Positions 1 through 10,076 of a stretch of 32,000 nt of DNA are shown piece by piece (within the stretch, counting starts at the first letter, position 1; every line of letters begins with the position of its first letter). The position numbers were made by a program, and so were the translations under genes. The notes under the pieces were generated by a model that was given only the letters and a program-made list of their open reading frames with translations, was not told the origin of the DNA and ran no database searches. Source of the DNA: Dickeya dadantii NCPPB 898 (GTDB lineage Bacteria > Pseudomonadota > Gammaproteobacteria > Enterobacterales > Enterobacteriaceae); contig NZ_CM001976.1 of assembly GCF_000406145.1 (NCBI RefSeq), positions 4,362,380 to 4,394,379 on the forward strand, given 5' to 3'.

Positions 1-203
1 CAGGTCGTTACATTGTTCAAAACGCGAGCGTTTTGTCCTGCAACTTGAATTATTCTGGGTATACACCGCTGATGTAACACCACTTCCCGTGCTCAAGCCG
101 CTATCCTTGTATGCTAAAACGCGGGGATCGTCAAACGATGAAGGACACTATTTAACAAAGCGGGCCCACAAGACAGGCAGCCCTACCCGTTTTTCTGTCG
201 CCT

Positions 204-1508
204 TCAGGTCGCCGGAGCGCGTCTGGCCGACTGAATCAGCGTCGGGGTAATAAAAATAACCAGCTCGCGGCGCGTGTGCTGCTGATTGCCGCTGCGAAAC
301 CATTGCCCGATGCCCGGCAGCGCACTCAATCCCGGAACCTGCCGTTCCCCCTGATTCTTCTGTTGCTGGAAAATGCCGCCCAGCACAATGGTTTCGCCAT
401 CCAGAACCGTCACCTGAGTCTGGATTTCCTGTTTATCGATCGCCAGTATCTCGCTCCCTTCTCCCTGTTTGATGGCACGCCCCGGCATATTCTGGCTAAT
501 CAACAAATTGAGCGTAATCTGCCCGCCATGCAGAATCCTGGGCGTGACTTCCATTCCCAGCACCGCTTCCTTGAACTCAATCGACGTTGAACCGCTGGCG
601 CCGCTAGACACCTGATACGGGATTTCCGTGCCCTGCTTGATGCTGGCCGTCTGCTGGTGTGCGGTAAACAGGCGCGGGCTGGCGATGATCTCCACTTCAT
701 TTTCCTGTTCCAGCGCCATCAATTCCAGATCCAGCAATCGCCCGTTCAACTTCGCCAGATGAAACCCGGCATTAACGGCGGGCGATTCCACCGGCAGGCT
801 GACGCTGAAATTGTTCATTTGCAGCGCCTGCCCCGTCGTCGTGGCATCGCCCAGTCCCCAGTTAACGCCCAGCGCCTTCAAATGTTCGCTGCTGATGGTC
901 ACGATATGCGCCGCCAGTTGCACCTGCGCCAGCGGTTTGTCCAGTTCCCCGAGCCAGGGACGGATTTGCTCCAGCGCCGAAACGACATCCCTTACCAACA
1001 GCGTATTAGTGCGCTTGTCCACCGTGACGCTGCCACGCTCGGTCAGTAGGGTGCCGCGCTGACTCTGCAAGCTTGTTGCCACCTCGGCGGCTTCCGCGTA
1101 CTGCAGGGTGACGGACAGATTCTGCAACGGCAGTTGCTGGCGCTGTTTGGCCGCCAGTTCCTCCTGCTGCCGCTGCCGGTCTTTCATATAGGTATCGGGA
1201 TAGACCATCATGACGCTATCCTGCCGTTCAATCGTCAATTGTCCCATGCGCAGAATAATATCCAGCGCCTGCTGCCAGGGAACCTGCTGCAAATTCAGGC
1301 TGACGTTGCCGGTCACGCCCGGCGCCACTACCAGATTAAGCTGCTGGTGATCGGCCAGCGCCTGCAAGACTCGCTGAACCGGTACATCGTCGAACGCCAG
1401 CGAAACCGGCTCGTCGCCTCGGGCTTCGGCCAGCATGCAGCTAAACAACAGCATCATCAGCCCGCCGTATCGATACAACCATCTGCCGGAAAAACATCCT
1501 GTCTTCAT
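204..1508 (-). CDS. hofQ: Competence/type IV pilus secretin HofQ (PilQ/ComE family DNA-uptake porin)
   Basis: 434-aa ORF with a signal-like N-terminus and a secretin-type C-terminus (GETIVLGGIF...VPGLSALPGIGQWF...ELVIFITP). It is the last gene of a 5-gene overlapping operon next to mrcA, as in E. coli hofMNOPQ. Confidence 0.9.
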   Translation of the reverse strand: MKTGCFSGRWLYRYGGLMMLLFSCMLAEARGDEPVSLAFDDVPVQRVLQALADHQQLNLVVAPGVTGNVSLNLQQVPWQQALDIILRMGQLTIERQDSVMMVYPDTYMKDRQRQQEELAAKQRQQLPLQNLSVTLQYAEAAEVATSLQSQRGTLLTERGSVTVDKRTNTLLVRDVVSALEQIRPWLGELDKPLAQVQLAAHIVTISSEHLKALGVNWGLGDATTTGQALQMNNFSVSLPVESPAVNAGFHLAKLNGRLLDLELMALEQENEVEIIASPRLFTAHQQTASIKQGTEIPYQVSSGASGSTSIEFKEAVLGMEVTPRILHGGQITLNLLISQNMPGRAIKQGEGSEILAIDKQEIQTQVTVLDGETIVLGGIFQQQKNQGERQVPGLSALPGIGQWFRSGNQQHTRRELVIFITPTLIQSARRAPAT

Positions 1509-1511
1509 GCG

Positions 1512-1883
1512 TCATTCCTTAAATGCGTTATTCCTTTTGTGACGAAAGGGCGAGCCAAGATGAAACTCCGCCGCCCCACAGCGCGTCGTCTCGTCTGCCG
1601 GGCGCAGCGTGGCGCCAGTGCGATCCAGCCGCGTAACCCGAAAGTCGCCGGGCGGGATGACGTCGCCATCGCGAACGCGCAGCCAGCCGCTTTGCGTCTG
1701 CGCCAGCCATCCGACCCACCGCGATGACGACCCGACCATACCTTTTAATCGCCATTCATCCGGTAACGCTCGGCTTTCACACGAAACGTCCTGCCGCGGT
1801 TGAAATGGATCGCGCATCGTCTCCGCCATCACCATTCCCGACAGCAAACCGAGCCACAGCGCGACGCTTCGCCATCCGCTCAT
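1512..1883 (-). CDS. hofP: DNA utilization protein HofP
   Basis: 123-aa ORF with a hydrophobic leader followed by the MRDPF motif that I recall from E. coli HofP. Its start overlaps the hofO stop (ATGA), and its position in the operon fits. Confidence 0.7.
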   Translation of the reverse strand: MSGWRSVALWLGLLSGMVMAETMRDPFQPRQDVSCESRALPDEWRLKGMVGSSSRWVGWLAQTQSGWLRVRDGDVIPPGDFRVTRLDRTGATLRPADETTRCGAAEFHLGSPFRHKRNNAFKE

Positions 1884-2434
1884 TGCGCTGCCTCCGCTGA
1901 CAGTGGCAACGACAGCCGCAGTTCGATGCGCAGCCCGTCCGGCGCTTTTCGGATCGTCATATGATCGATGCGCAGCACTACCGGAAGCGCCCTGACACGC
2001 GTCAAAAAATTCAGGGTCGCGGCATACTCCGCGCTAAAAACCAGCAGCCAGACAGGGGATGTCGTGTTCACGCCTTCCGCCTGCACCGGACGCCACGCCA
2101 CCAGATGAGCGCCGCTATCACGCAACGGCGCTTCCAGCAACGATGCCACGCGATCCGACGGCCAATCCGTCGCCAGCGGCGGCTGGTCAGCCAGCCAGCG
2201 CTGCAGCGCGTTTAAGGCTGGCATTCGAGTAATTTTCTCCCTCCACTGCTCAATGGCTTGCGCGCTGCCTCGACACTGCTGCTCAAGCTGCAACAGCAAC
2301 TGCCGTTCTGCCGAAATCCATACCCCGCCGACGATAAGCGCCACAAGCATCACCATCGCCGACGGCGCCAGCAACAGCAGCCACAGCGGCGTCGCCAGCC
2401 AGCGGGCGGCCAGAGGATACAGCCATGTCATCAT
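1880..2434 (-). CDS. hofO: DNA utilization protein HofO (PilO-like)
   Basis: I trimmed the ORF-track start (2467) to the ATG at 2434, which overlaps the hofN stop by 4 nt (ATGA). It has an N-terminal TM segment (LWLLLLAPSAMVMLVALIVGG) and the right operon position. Confidence 0.65.
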   Translation of the reverse strand: MMTWLYPLAARWLATPLWLLLLAPSAMVMLVALIVGGVWISAERQLLLQLEQQCRGSAQAIEQWREKITRMPALNALQRWLADQPPLATDWPSDRVASLLEAPLRDSGAHLVAWRPVQAEGVNTTSPVWLLVFSAEYAATLNFLTRVRALPVVLRIDHMTIRKAPDGLRIELRLSLPLSAEAAQ

Positions 2435-2991
2435 CCTCTGGCTCCCGGCTCGGCCAACGCCTGCCAATACAGGCGCAACGAGAAATTCAGCCTCGTACTG
2501 TCCTGCGCGTCGCGCTGCGTCTGTTGTAAGCTGGCGTGCGCTACCTGCGGTAACGTTGCCATCGCCTTCGCCAGCGCTACGATGGCTGAATAGTGATTGC
2601 TCACTCCGAATATCTGAAGATGCGCGCCGTTATCGCCGATTTCCGTCAGCCAGAGCGAATCGGGCACCAGCGTCGGCAACTGTTCAAGCAACGCCTGATA
2701 ACGCTGGTTCTGCCGCCGCCCCCGCTCCTGCGCCGCCTGCTGTGCCAGCCGCTCTTCCCGCGCCTGCAAGGCATCCCGCGTCTGACGGTAGAGCTGTTCA
2801 TATCGCGCCTGTTGCGACTGCGTGTGATCGAGTCGCTGCCGCAGCCCCGTCAGCTGTTGCTGCCAGTACCAACCGGCCATAACCGCGACACAGCCGATAG
2901 CAAGCAGCGACAAACCCAGCGCCAGCAGGCTCAGCCGCAGACGTCGATACAACAGACGCTGGCGCCATGCCAGAAGATTCACCGTCAGCAT
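2431..2991 (-). CDS. hofN: DNA utilization protein HofN (PilN-like)
   Basis: 186 aa with an N-terminal TM helix followed by a Q/R-rich coiled-coil-like region. It overlaps the 3' end of hofM and sits in the expected operon position. Confidence 0.75.
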   Translation of the reverse strand: MLTVNLLAWRQRLLYRRLRLSLLALGLSLLAIGCVAVMAGWYWQQQLTGLRQRLDHTQSQQARYEQLYRQTRDALQAREERLAQQAAQERGRRQNQRYQALLEQLPTLVPDSLWLTEIGDNGAHLQIFGVSNHYSAIVALAKAMATLPQVAHASLQQTQRDAQDSTRLNFSLRLYWQALAEPGARG

Positions 2992-3899
2992 GGCGTGTCC
3001 TCCGGGCGCACAGCCAGACCACCGGCAATGGCAAAGGCGGCGGGAAACGCCGGTAGCGGAGGCTGTTGCCGATCAAACGCGCTCAGGGGCGACCAGGGAA
3101 TCAACATAGTGGAAACCTGCTGCAGATACTCCGGCGAAGAGGCGCTGAGATAGGCCTGATGATAAGCGTTATTTTGATAGCAGGTACTTACATACTTCAG
3201 TACGTCAGGCATATTCGCAACGCCATCCGAGCGGCTCGTCATGTCATCCGGGTGACCCGTCATGCCATCTGGATGTATGTCATCCGGATAAAAAGTCCCG
3301 AATGTCAGCGGCTCCCCCAGCGGGGCAACCCATAGCCAATGATCGTCGAAACGATGCAACAACAGGCGATCGGTCGCCAACCCGGCCTGAGCGGCCATGC
3401 AACGCAACGCGCAGGGGGTAATATCGACGGCGTCGGGTTGCAGGCCGGCATCGCGCAGGCAATCCAGCCAGACATTCAATTCAGTTTGGCGCGCCGCAGT
3501 GACCAGCAGCGTATTCGGCGTTTGCGGGTCGGGGCGATAATCCAGCGCCAGATCGTCGCCGCTGACCGGCAACGCTTTTGCCGCCATCTTTCCGATATAT
3601 TCGCCGCGCCGCGGCTCACGCAAACGGTGGTCAGGCAGCGCCAGCCGTTGTTGCAGTACCCGCGAGGCGGGAAATCCCAACCGTAATGAAACAAATCGTG
3701 GCAATTCCTGCCGCCATTGACGAAGAACCGTACAAAGCGCGGCGGGATGATGTAGACTACCGCCGCTTAATGTGCCGCCCGGCAACGGCAACTGCCACCA
3801 GTGACGCAATTGCCAGCCATGCCTGCGGCGCTGTACGGCCAGAGCACGCATAAAACCATTCTGGATATCCAGTCCAACCTGCCAGATGGGATAAGCCAT
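2985..3899 (-). CDS. hofM: DNA utilization protein HofM (PilM-like, actin-fold)
   Basis: The N-terminus MAYPIWQVGLDIQ aligns with E. coli HofM MAFKIWQIGL. It is the first gene of the operon and divergent from mrcA. It is about 45 aa longer than the 259-aa E. coli protein I recall, because of a PDD-repeat insertion. Confidence 0.8.
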   Translation of the reverse strand: MAYPIWQVGLDIQNGFMRALAVQRRRHGWQLRHWWQLPLPGGTLSGGSLHHPAALCTVLRQWRQELPRFVSLRLGFPASRVLQQRLALPDHRLREPRRGEYIGKMAAKALPVSGDDLALDYRPDPQTPNTLLVTAARQTELNVWLDCLRDAGLQPDAVDITPCALRCMAAQAGLATDRLLLHRFDDHWLWVAPLGEPLTFGTFYPDDIHPDGMTGHPDDMTSRSDGVANMPDVLKYVSTCYQNNAYHQAYLSASSPEYLQQVSTMLIPWSPLSAFDRQQPPLPAFPAAFAIAGGLAVRPEDTPC

Positions 3900-4215
3900 G
3901 AGTGTTCGATCTCCTTATCGTTTCATAACAGAACAGATGCCCGATGGATGTCGAGGTACAGATAAGGCGGCCACCGACTGGGTGAACCACTGGGAACGGA
4001 ACCCGGTCACGGCAGGGTGACCAATCTGCCGGGCTGATTCGCCCCGGTTTGCAGCGATCCTGACGGGGCGAGGTCCAGAGAAGGGCCGTGGCAGAGGGCG
4101 ACCAACGCGTCTGTAACCTGAAAGATGACGGGTATATCCACCTTGCTGGCTTCCCTTTATACTAGCGCCCGTCTGTTTATAAACTATTCAATTGCTACTG
4201 AATGGAAAATCTCCG

Positions 4216-6774
4216 GTGAAGTTCGTAAAGTACTTATTCATCCTTGCAGTGAGTTGCATTCTGCTGGGAGCCGCTTCGCTCTATGGCCTCTATCGCTATA
4301 TCGAGCCACAGTTACCCGATGTCGCCACGCTGAAGGACGTCCGCCTGCAGACTCCGATGCAGGTTTACAGCGCCGATGGCGAACTGATCGCCCAGTTTGG
4401 CGAAAAGCGTCGTATCCCGTTGAAGCTGGATCAAGTTCCCCCCACGCTGGTGAACGCGTTTATCGCCACCGAAGACAGCCGTTTCTTCGAACATCATGGC
4501 GTTGACCCGCAGGGGATTATCCGTGCGGCGGTGATCGCCCTGACGTCCGGCCATGCCTCGCAGGGGGCGAGCACCATCACCCAGCAGTTGGCGCGAAATT
4601 TCTTTCTGAGTCCTGAGCGCACGTTGCTGCGTAAAATCAAGGAAGTGTTTCTGGCGATTCGCATCGAGCAAACGCTGACCAAAGAAGAAATTCTTGAGCT
4701 GTACCTGAACAAGATTTATCTGGGCTATCGCGCCTACGGCGTCGGTGCGGCGGCGCAGGTCTATTTCGGCCGCCCGGTGGACCAGTTGACGCTGGCGCAG
4801 ATGGCGATGATCGCCGGTCTGCCAAAAGCGCCGTCCACCTTCAACCCGCTCTATTCCTACGATCGCGCCGTCGCTCGCCGCAATGTGGTGCTGTCCCGCA
4901 TGCTGGACGAAAATTACATTACGCAGGCGCAATACGATCAGGCCCGCAGCGAAAAACTGGTGGCGGATTATCACGCGCCGGAAATCGCCTTCTCCGCGCC
5001 TTATCTGGCCGAAATGGTTCGTCAGGAAATGGTGAAGCGTTACGGTGAGGATGCGTATAACGACGGTTATCAGGTCTACACCACCATCACCCGCAAGTTG
5101 CAACTGGCGGCGGAAGACGCGGTGCATAACAACGTCATCGCTTATGACATGCGCCACGGCTACCGCGGGCCGGAGCAGGTGTTGTGGAAAGTGGGCACCC
5201 CGGCTCTGACCCAGGATAAAATCGTCGAGGCATTGAAAAAGCTGCCGGTTTACGGGCCGCTGTTTCCGGCGGTGGTGACCGACGCCAGCGCCGACAAAGC
5301 CCATGCCATGATGGCCAGCGGCGATAAAATCGAACTACCGCTGGCGGGGGTACGCTGGGCGCGCGCCTACCGTTCGGATGACCAGCAAGGCCCCACGCCA
5401 AAACGCGTGACGGACGTGCTGGAAGCCGGCCAGCAAATCTGGGTGCGCAAAGTCGACAACGACTGGTGGCTGGCGCAAGTGCCGGACGTCAACTCCGCGC
5501 TGGTGTCGCTCAATCCGCAAGACGGCGCCGTGCTGGCGCTGGTCGGGGGGTTCGACTTCAACCAGAGCAAGTTCAATCGTGCTACGCAGGCACTGCGTCA
5601 GGTCGGTTCGAACATCAAGCCGTTCCTGTATACCGCGGCAATGGACAAGGGGCTGACACTGGCCACCATTCTCAACGACGCCCCGATTACGCGCTGGGAT
5701 CCAGGCGCCGGTTCCGACTGGAGTCCGAAAAACTCGCCGCCGGAGTATGACGGCCCGATCCGTCTGCGTCAGGGGCTGGGGCAGTCTAAAAACGTGGTGA
5801 TGGTTCGTGCGATGCGCGCCATGGGCGTGGATTACGCCGCCGATTATCTGGAGCGCTTCGGCTTCCCGGAACAGAATATCGTACATACCGAATCGCTGGC
5901 GCTGGGCTCGGCTTCCTTTACGCCGCTGCAGGTGGTGCGCGGCTATGCGGTGATGACCAACGGCGGTTATCTGGTCGACCCGTACTTCATCACCAAAATC
6001 GACAACGCCAGCGGCAGCACCGTCTTCACCGCCATCCCGAAAGTGGTGTGCGATACCTGCAATCTGCCGGTGATCTACGGGGATACCCAACGTTCCGCCG
6101 TTTTGTCGGACGACAGCATGGAAAACGTGGCGACCTCGCAGGAAAACCCGGTGCAGGCCGCCCCGCAGGCCGACCCGGCCACGCCGTCGGAAGTCGCCAG
6201 ACAAGCGGCGACGCAGCCTTACGCGCCGCATGTCATCAGCACGCCGCTGTCCTTCCTGATCAAGGATGCGCTGAACAGTAATGTGTTCGGCGAGCCGGGT
6301 TGGATGGGAACCGGCTGGCGCGCGGGCAAGGTGCTGCAACGCCGCGATATCGGCGGTAAAACCGGTACCACCAACAACTCGAAGGATGCCTGGTTCTCAG
6401 GTTATGGCCCCAATATCGTCGCTTCCGTGTGGATTGGTTTTGACGATCACCGCCGCGACCTTGGCCGGACGTCGGCATCCGGCGTGATTCGCGACCAGAT
6501 TTCCGGTTACGAAGGCGGCGCGAAGAGCGCCGAACCCGCCTGGGATGACTTTATGAAGGTGGCGCTGGCGGGCGTACCGGAGCAGAAAACACCGCCGCCG
6601 CAAGGCATCGTGACCGTAACCATCGATCGCAGCAGCGGCAAACTGTCGGATGGCGGCGCGAACAGCCGTCAGGAATACTTTATCGATGGCACCCAGCCGA
6701 CCGAACGGGCAGTGCATGACGCCGGCACCACGCTGTTCAATACCAGCAGCGGTCAGGCGGAAGAGCTGTTCTGA
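4216..6774 (+). CDS. mrcA: Penicillin-binding protein 1A (bifunctional glycosyltransferase/transpeptidase)
   Basis: Near-colinear match to E. coli PBP1a: LYRYIEPQLPDVATLKDVRLQ, GT motif EDSRFFEHHG, and TP motifs SNIK, SKN and KTGTT. I moved the start from the TTG at 4192 to the GTG at 4216 to match the E. coli N-terminus (M)KFVKY. Confidence 0.95.
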   Translation: MKFVKYLFILAVSCILLGAASLYGLYRYIEPQLPDVATLKDVRLQTPMQVYSADGELIAQFGEKRRIPLKLDQVPPTLVNAFIATEDSRFFEHHGVDPQGIIRAAVIALTSGHASQGASTITQQLARNFFLSPERTLLRKIKEVFLAIRIEQTLTKEEILELYLNKIYLGYRAYGVGAAAQVYFGRPVDQLTLAQMAMIAGLPKAPSTFNPLYSYDRAVARRNVVLSRMLDENYITQAQYDQARSEKLVADYHAPEIAFSAPYLAEMVRQEMVKRYGEDAYNDGYQVYTTITRKLQLAAEDAVHNNVIAYDMRHGYRGPEQVLWKVGTPALTQDKIVEALKKLPVYGPLFPAVVTDASADKAHAMMASGDKIELPLAGVRWARAYRSDDQQGPTPKRVTDVLEAGQQIWVRKVDNDWWLAQVPDVNSALVSLNPQDGAVLALVGGFDFNQSKFNRATQALRQVGSNIKPFLYTAAMDKGLTLATILNDAPITRWDPGAGSDWSPKNSPPEYDGPIRLRQGLGQSKNVVMVRAMRAMGVDYAADYLERFGFPEQNIVHTESLALGSASFTPLQVVRGYAVMTNGGYLVDPYFITKIDNASGSTVFTAIPKVVCDTCNLPVIYGDTQRSAVLSDDSMENVATSQENPVQAAPQADPATPSEVARQAATQPYAPHVISTPLSFLIKDALNSNVFGEPGWMGTGWRAGKVLQRRDIGGKTGTTNNSKDAWFSGYGPNIVASVWIGFDDHRRDLGRTSASGVIRDQISGYEGGAKSAEPAWDDFMKVALAGVPEQKTPPPQGIVTVTIDRSSGKLSDGGANSRQEYFIDGTQPTERAVHDAGTTLFNTSSGQAEELF

Positions 6775-6795
6775 TCCCGGCGGCGATACGCTTAC

Positions 6796-6841
6796 GATCG
6801 AGATACATTTCTGATCGAGATGCATTTCTGATCGAGATAAC
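6796..6841 (+). repeat. 17-bp tandem repeat, about 2.7 copies (gatcgagatRcatttct), in the mrcA 3' UTR
   Basis: Copies at 6796-6812, 6813-6829 (16/17 identical) and a partial copy at 6830-6841. The TTCTGATC core is identical to the mrcA end plus stop codon at 6769-6776. Confidence 0.85.
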
Positions 6842-6872
6842 AAAAAGGCGCGAATATCGCGCCTTTTTCTTT
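6842..6872. terminator. Bidirectional rho-independent terminator between convergent mrcA and nudE
   Basis: AAAAA-GGCGCG-aatat-CGCGCC-TTTTTcttt. The perfect 6-bp GC stem is flanked by an A-run and a T-run. Confidence 0.8.
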
Positions 6873-6913
6873 GGTTATCAGTGCTCTGGCTCAAGCCTGG
6901 ACGTCGCTATCGG

Positions 6914-7465
6914 TTATTGCCGACCCAACCACTGTTGCGCCAAAAACAGCGCGCTGACGTTGCGGGCTTCACGGAAATCCGGCTCTTTCAGCAACGACAT
7001 CATGTCCGCCAGCGGCCAGCGCACCAGTTGCAGCGGTTCCGGTTCGTCGCCTTGCAGACGTTGCGGGTACAGCCCGTTCGCCACCACCACATTCATGCAA
7101 CTGGAAAAATAGGCCGGCGCCATCGTCAGGGTGGATAACAATTCAAACTGTTCCGCGCCAAACCCGGCCTCTTCCATCAGTTCACGGTTAGCCGCTTCAA
7201 ACACCGTCTCACCCGGGTCTATCAAGCCCTTGGGAAATCCCAGCTCATACTGCTCAATCCCTACCGCGTACTCACGAATCAACAGCAGCTCATCACCGCT
7301 CACCGGTACAATCATCACCGCTTCACGGCCCGATGGACGCATACGTTCGTAAACGCGGCGCTCGCCGTTGCTAAACTCCAGATCAACGGATTCCACATTG
7401 AACAGACGTGAACGGGCTACGGTCTCAACCTTGAGGATTTTGGGTTTTTGCAGGTTATTATTCAT
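6914..7465 (-). CDS. nudE: ADP compounds hydrolase NudE (Nudix)
   Basis: 183 aa. KPKILKVETVARSRLFNVESVDLEFSNGERRVYERMRP is nearly identical to E. coli NudE, and a Nudix box is present (GLIDPGETVFEAANRELMEEAGF). Confidence 0.95.
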   Translation of the reverse strand: MNNNLQKPKILKVETVARSRLFNVESVDLEFSNGERRVYERMRPSGREAVMIVPVSGDELLLIREYAVGIEQYELGFPKGLIDPGETVFEAANRELMEEAGFGAEQFELLSTLTMAPAYFSSCMNVVVANGLYPQRLQGDEPEPLQLVRWPLADMMSLLKEPDFREARNVSALFLAQQWLGRQ

Positions 7466-7887
7466 CGTGGCCTCTATAAGGAAACATCAACAGGCTTTCC
7501 CTGTTCAGGCCAATCTCGGCACGGAACAAAAAACCGGTAGAGCCACAGTTTCCTACAGAATATTCAGTGAGTCACATTTTGCGTTAACATTAACAGTAGC
7601 TGCAACTCTATCATCGTGAATTTACATATTAGCAACACCACATACACATTAATTTTTTTTATACAAAAATCACGACTTGCTCACGATCAATTATTAATAA
7701 TTCATCAGAAAAAATTCAGAATTTCCTCATTTCGACAATATCTCCCGCTTGCTACCATACGCTGTTAAACAACTAATAGTCGGTTAATTCAGTCATTAAC
7801 CATGCGACGCGGGTTAACATTGTTCGTGTAGTTTTGTTACTATCCGGAAATAACAGAGGGAACCTTACGCTGTTGGCTGGAGATAAT

Positions 7888-10017
7888 ATGCGCACAATAC
7901 TCATCATATTGGCTGTATTGTTTGCCTGTCTGATTGCGGTAGGGGGGATCATTGGCTATCTCATGTATCGTCGTCTTCTATTCGCCAAGCGTTTGCCAGT
8001 AACACCGTCGGGACATCGTCAGCTGACGGCGTCGGAACGTATTGCCATTGAACGCTATCTGGCCATGTCCCATCTGGACGGCCCGGTTTCGTCATCCGTT
8101 TCGGTCGCGTCGCCGCGTCTGCCCCGTCTGCTGCCGGGCAACCGGGTTTACCCCATAACTCATAGCATTACCCGCTATGGGTTGAGTACCGATGCGCCCA
8201 ACAAATGGCGCTACTACATCGACACTCAGGAGATTCACCTGCCCGCGCGCTGGGAGCAATACATCACCCAGAACAATGAGATCGAGCTGATCAAAACCCG
8301 CTCGATCCCACTGGTGGTTTCACTGAACGGTCATTCGCTGACGGAATTCATCAATGAGATGGATTCCAGCGCCGGTGTCGACATCCCCGGCGAGCAGGCG
8401 TCGATTCGGCCGGAAGTCCATGAGCACACCGAACTGGTGGCGATTCGTCGGGAAACGCTGGAAGAACACGCCGTACACCGCTCACGCGGCCTGCGCGAAA
8501 CCGGGGTGCTGAGTCTGGCGTTTTTACTGCTGGTGTTCAGTCTGACCAGCCCGCTGGCCATGTTGCCCTGGCTGGCTGGCGCCGCCTGCCTCATGGCTGG
8601 CTGGGGATGCTGGCAACTGTTCCGCCCACCTTCGCAGAAAGAACTCCGCGAAGTGCATTGTCTGCACGGCACGCCACAATGCATGGGGTTGTTCAGCGAC
8701 GCCAGTCAAAGCCAGATCGGCAATGTCTCTCTCGGCAATATTGACCTCATCTATCCCCCTCACTGGCAGCCTTATATCGGCTACGATCTCGGCAGAAAAA
8801 CCGATGTAGATATCTACCTGACCCGTCAGGTCGTGCGCCAGGGCCATTACCTGTCATTACACAATGAAGTCAAATTCTTCCCGCTACAGCAATGGGGCAA
8901 AAACGCCGTACTGGCGGTTGGCGCGCTGTTGAGCCTGATTCTGCTGTTGACCTCGGTGCCGCTTGATCTGCCGCTGAAGCTCAGCCTGGCCTGGGTGCAG
9001 GGCACAAGTAGCGTTAAGGTGACTCAGGTAGAAGACCTGGAACGTATGCCGCTGCATATCGGCGACAAATTGCAGGTGCGCGGAGCCGGCATGTGCTACG
9101 TGCCGCCGATCAACCTTAACCCGACGTCCTCCCGAGCTTCCGCGTTTGCGCCGTTTGATTGCGCCGCCATTTACTGGAACAAGGCCGCGCCTCTGCCGCT
9201 GCCCGAGTCGGACACCATTGAGAAAACCACCGCGCTGCAAAAGACGGTCAACGAGCAGTTACACCCGGCCGCCAGCGACAATCAGGTCAGTTCGCAACTG
9301 GCGGACGCCATCCAGAAATCCGGCATGATTCTGCTGAATAATTTCTCGGATATCGTACTGAAAACCGATGCACTGTGTGAAAAAGAAGAAGATTGCACCC
9401 GGCTCAAAAACGCGTTGATCAATCTGGGCAACGCCAAGAACTGGGAGCTGCTGGTCAAACGGGCGCGTTCCGGCGCGCTGAAAGGCATGAGCGTGGTGCT
9501 GCGCCCGGTGAGCGCCGAGTCACTGGATTCGCTGGTGAAAAACGCGACCGACGAGTTCTACAGCCGCGAAATCATCACCGCGTCCAATTCGCTGAACAGT
9601 CCGCCGCCGGGCGGTTTTCTGATTCGCAGCGACGAAGGCCGCCAGTTCGTCAATCATCAAATGCCCGCCACGCCGCTGCGCGATTTCCCGCCGCAGGAGC
9701 AATGGCAGGAACTGCAACGTCTGTCATCAATGCTGCTGCACACGCCGTTCGAAGCCAATGGCGTGATTACCCAACTGAGCATCGATGCCAACGGCACCCG
9801 CCATATTTCGCTGCACAGCGAACCTGATGCGGTCACCATGTGGCGCTCGCTGGGCGCCTGCCTGCTGTTGCTGGCCTTCAGCGTCATTCTGATACTGAAT
9901 CTGGTGTTGCTGCTGGTGAAACGCCGCCGCAGTCAGCAGCGTATCGCCAATATCCAGCAATACTACGCTCGCCATCTGGTGCCGGAAACGCCCGTCGCCA
10001 CCGCCATGTACGGATAA
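7888..10017 (+). CDS. igaA: Intracellular growth attenuator IgaA/YrfF (Rcs phosphorelay inhibitor)
   Basis: 709 aa from the ATG at 7888, with a GGAG SD 5-6 nt upstream. Matches E. coli YrfF (HSITRYGLSTDAPNKWRYYIDTQEIHLP, multiple TM segments). The ORF-track start at 7834 adds 18 unsupported residues. Confidence 0.92.
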   Translation: MRTILIILAVLFACLIAVGGIIGYLMYRRLLFAKRLPVTPSGHRQLTASERIAIERYLAMSHLDGPVSSSVSVASPRLPRLLPGNRVYPITHSITRYGLSTDAPNKWRYYIDTQEIHLPARWEQYITQNNEIELIKTRSIPLVVSLNGHSLTEFINEMDSSAGVDIPGEQASIRPEVHEHTELVAIRRETLEEHAVHRSRGLRETGVLSLAFLLLVFSLTSPLAMLPWLAGAACLMAGWGCWQLFRPPSQKELREVHCLHGTPQCMGLFSDASQSQIGNVSLGNIDLIYPPHWQPYIGYDLGRKTDVDIYLTRQVVRQGHYLSLHNEVKFFPLQQWGKNAVLAVGALLSLILLLTSVPLDLPLKLSLAWVQGTSSVKVTQVEDLERMPLHIGDKLQVRGAGMCYVPPINLNPTSSRASAFAPFDCAAIYWNKAAPLPLPESDTIEKTTALQKTVNEQLHPAASDNQVSSQLADAIQKSGMILLNNFSDIVLKTDALCEKEEDCTRLKNALINLGNAKNWELLVKRARSGALKGMSVVLRPVSAESLDSLVKNATDEFYSREIITASNSLNSPPPGGFLIRSDEGRQFVNHQMPATPLRDFPPQEQWQELQRLSSMLLHTPFEANGVITQLSIDANGTRHISLHSEPDAVTMWRSLGACLLLLAFSVILILNLVLLLVKRRRSQQRIANIQQYYARHLVPETPVATAMYG

Positions 10018-10076
10018 TGTCGTTGCGCTCGGATCGGCGGACGTCGCTCCCGGCTCAGTACTCCACTCCCAGATAA

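Noticed and set aside
15-37. Hairpin caaaacgc-ga-gcgttttg downstream of hofQ as its terminator
   Set aside because: The stem is short, its T-run forms part of the stem, and no U-tract follows on the - strand. In E. coli, aroK follows hofQ here, so this may be leader sequence. The evidence is too weak to annotate.
3905-3920. Search for Sxy-dependent CRP-S sites (TGCGA-N6-TCGCA) upstream of hofM and gntX
   Set aside because: The best candidate, TTCGATCTCCTTATCG, matches only one half-site poorly, and nothing convincing lies upstream of gntX. No claim is made.
4312-6339. Antisense ORFs of 330 and 334 aa inside mrcA, with similar ones inside pckA (13678-14871), envZ (15612-16370), ompR (16403-17077), hslO (11732-12439) and tex (19964-20584, 21082-22201)
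   Set aside because: Same reasoning: they sit opposite strongly supported genes, are R/G/A-rich, and have no SD or family resemblance.
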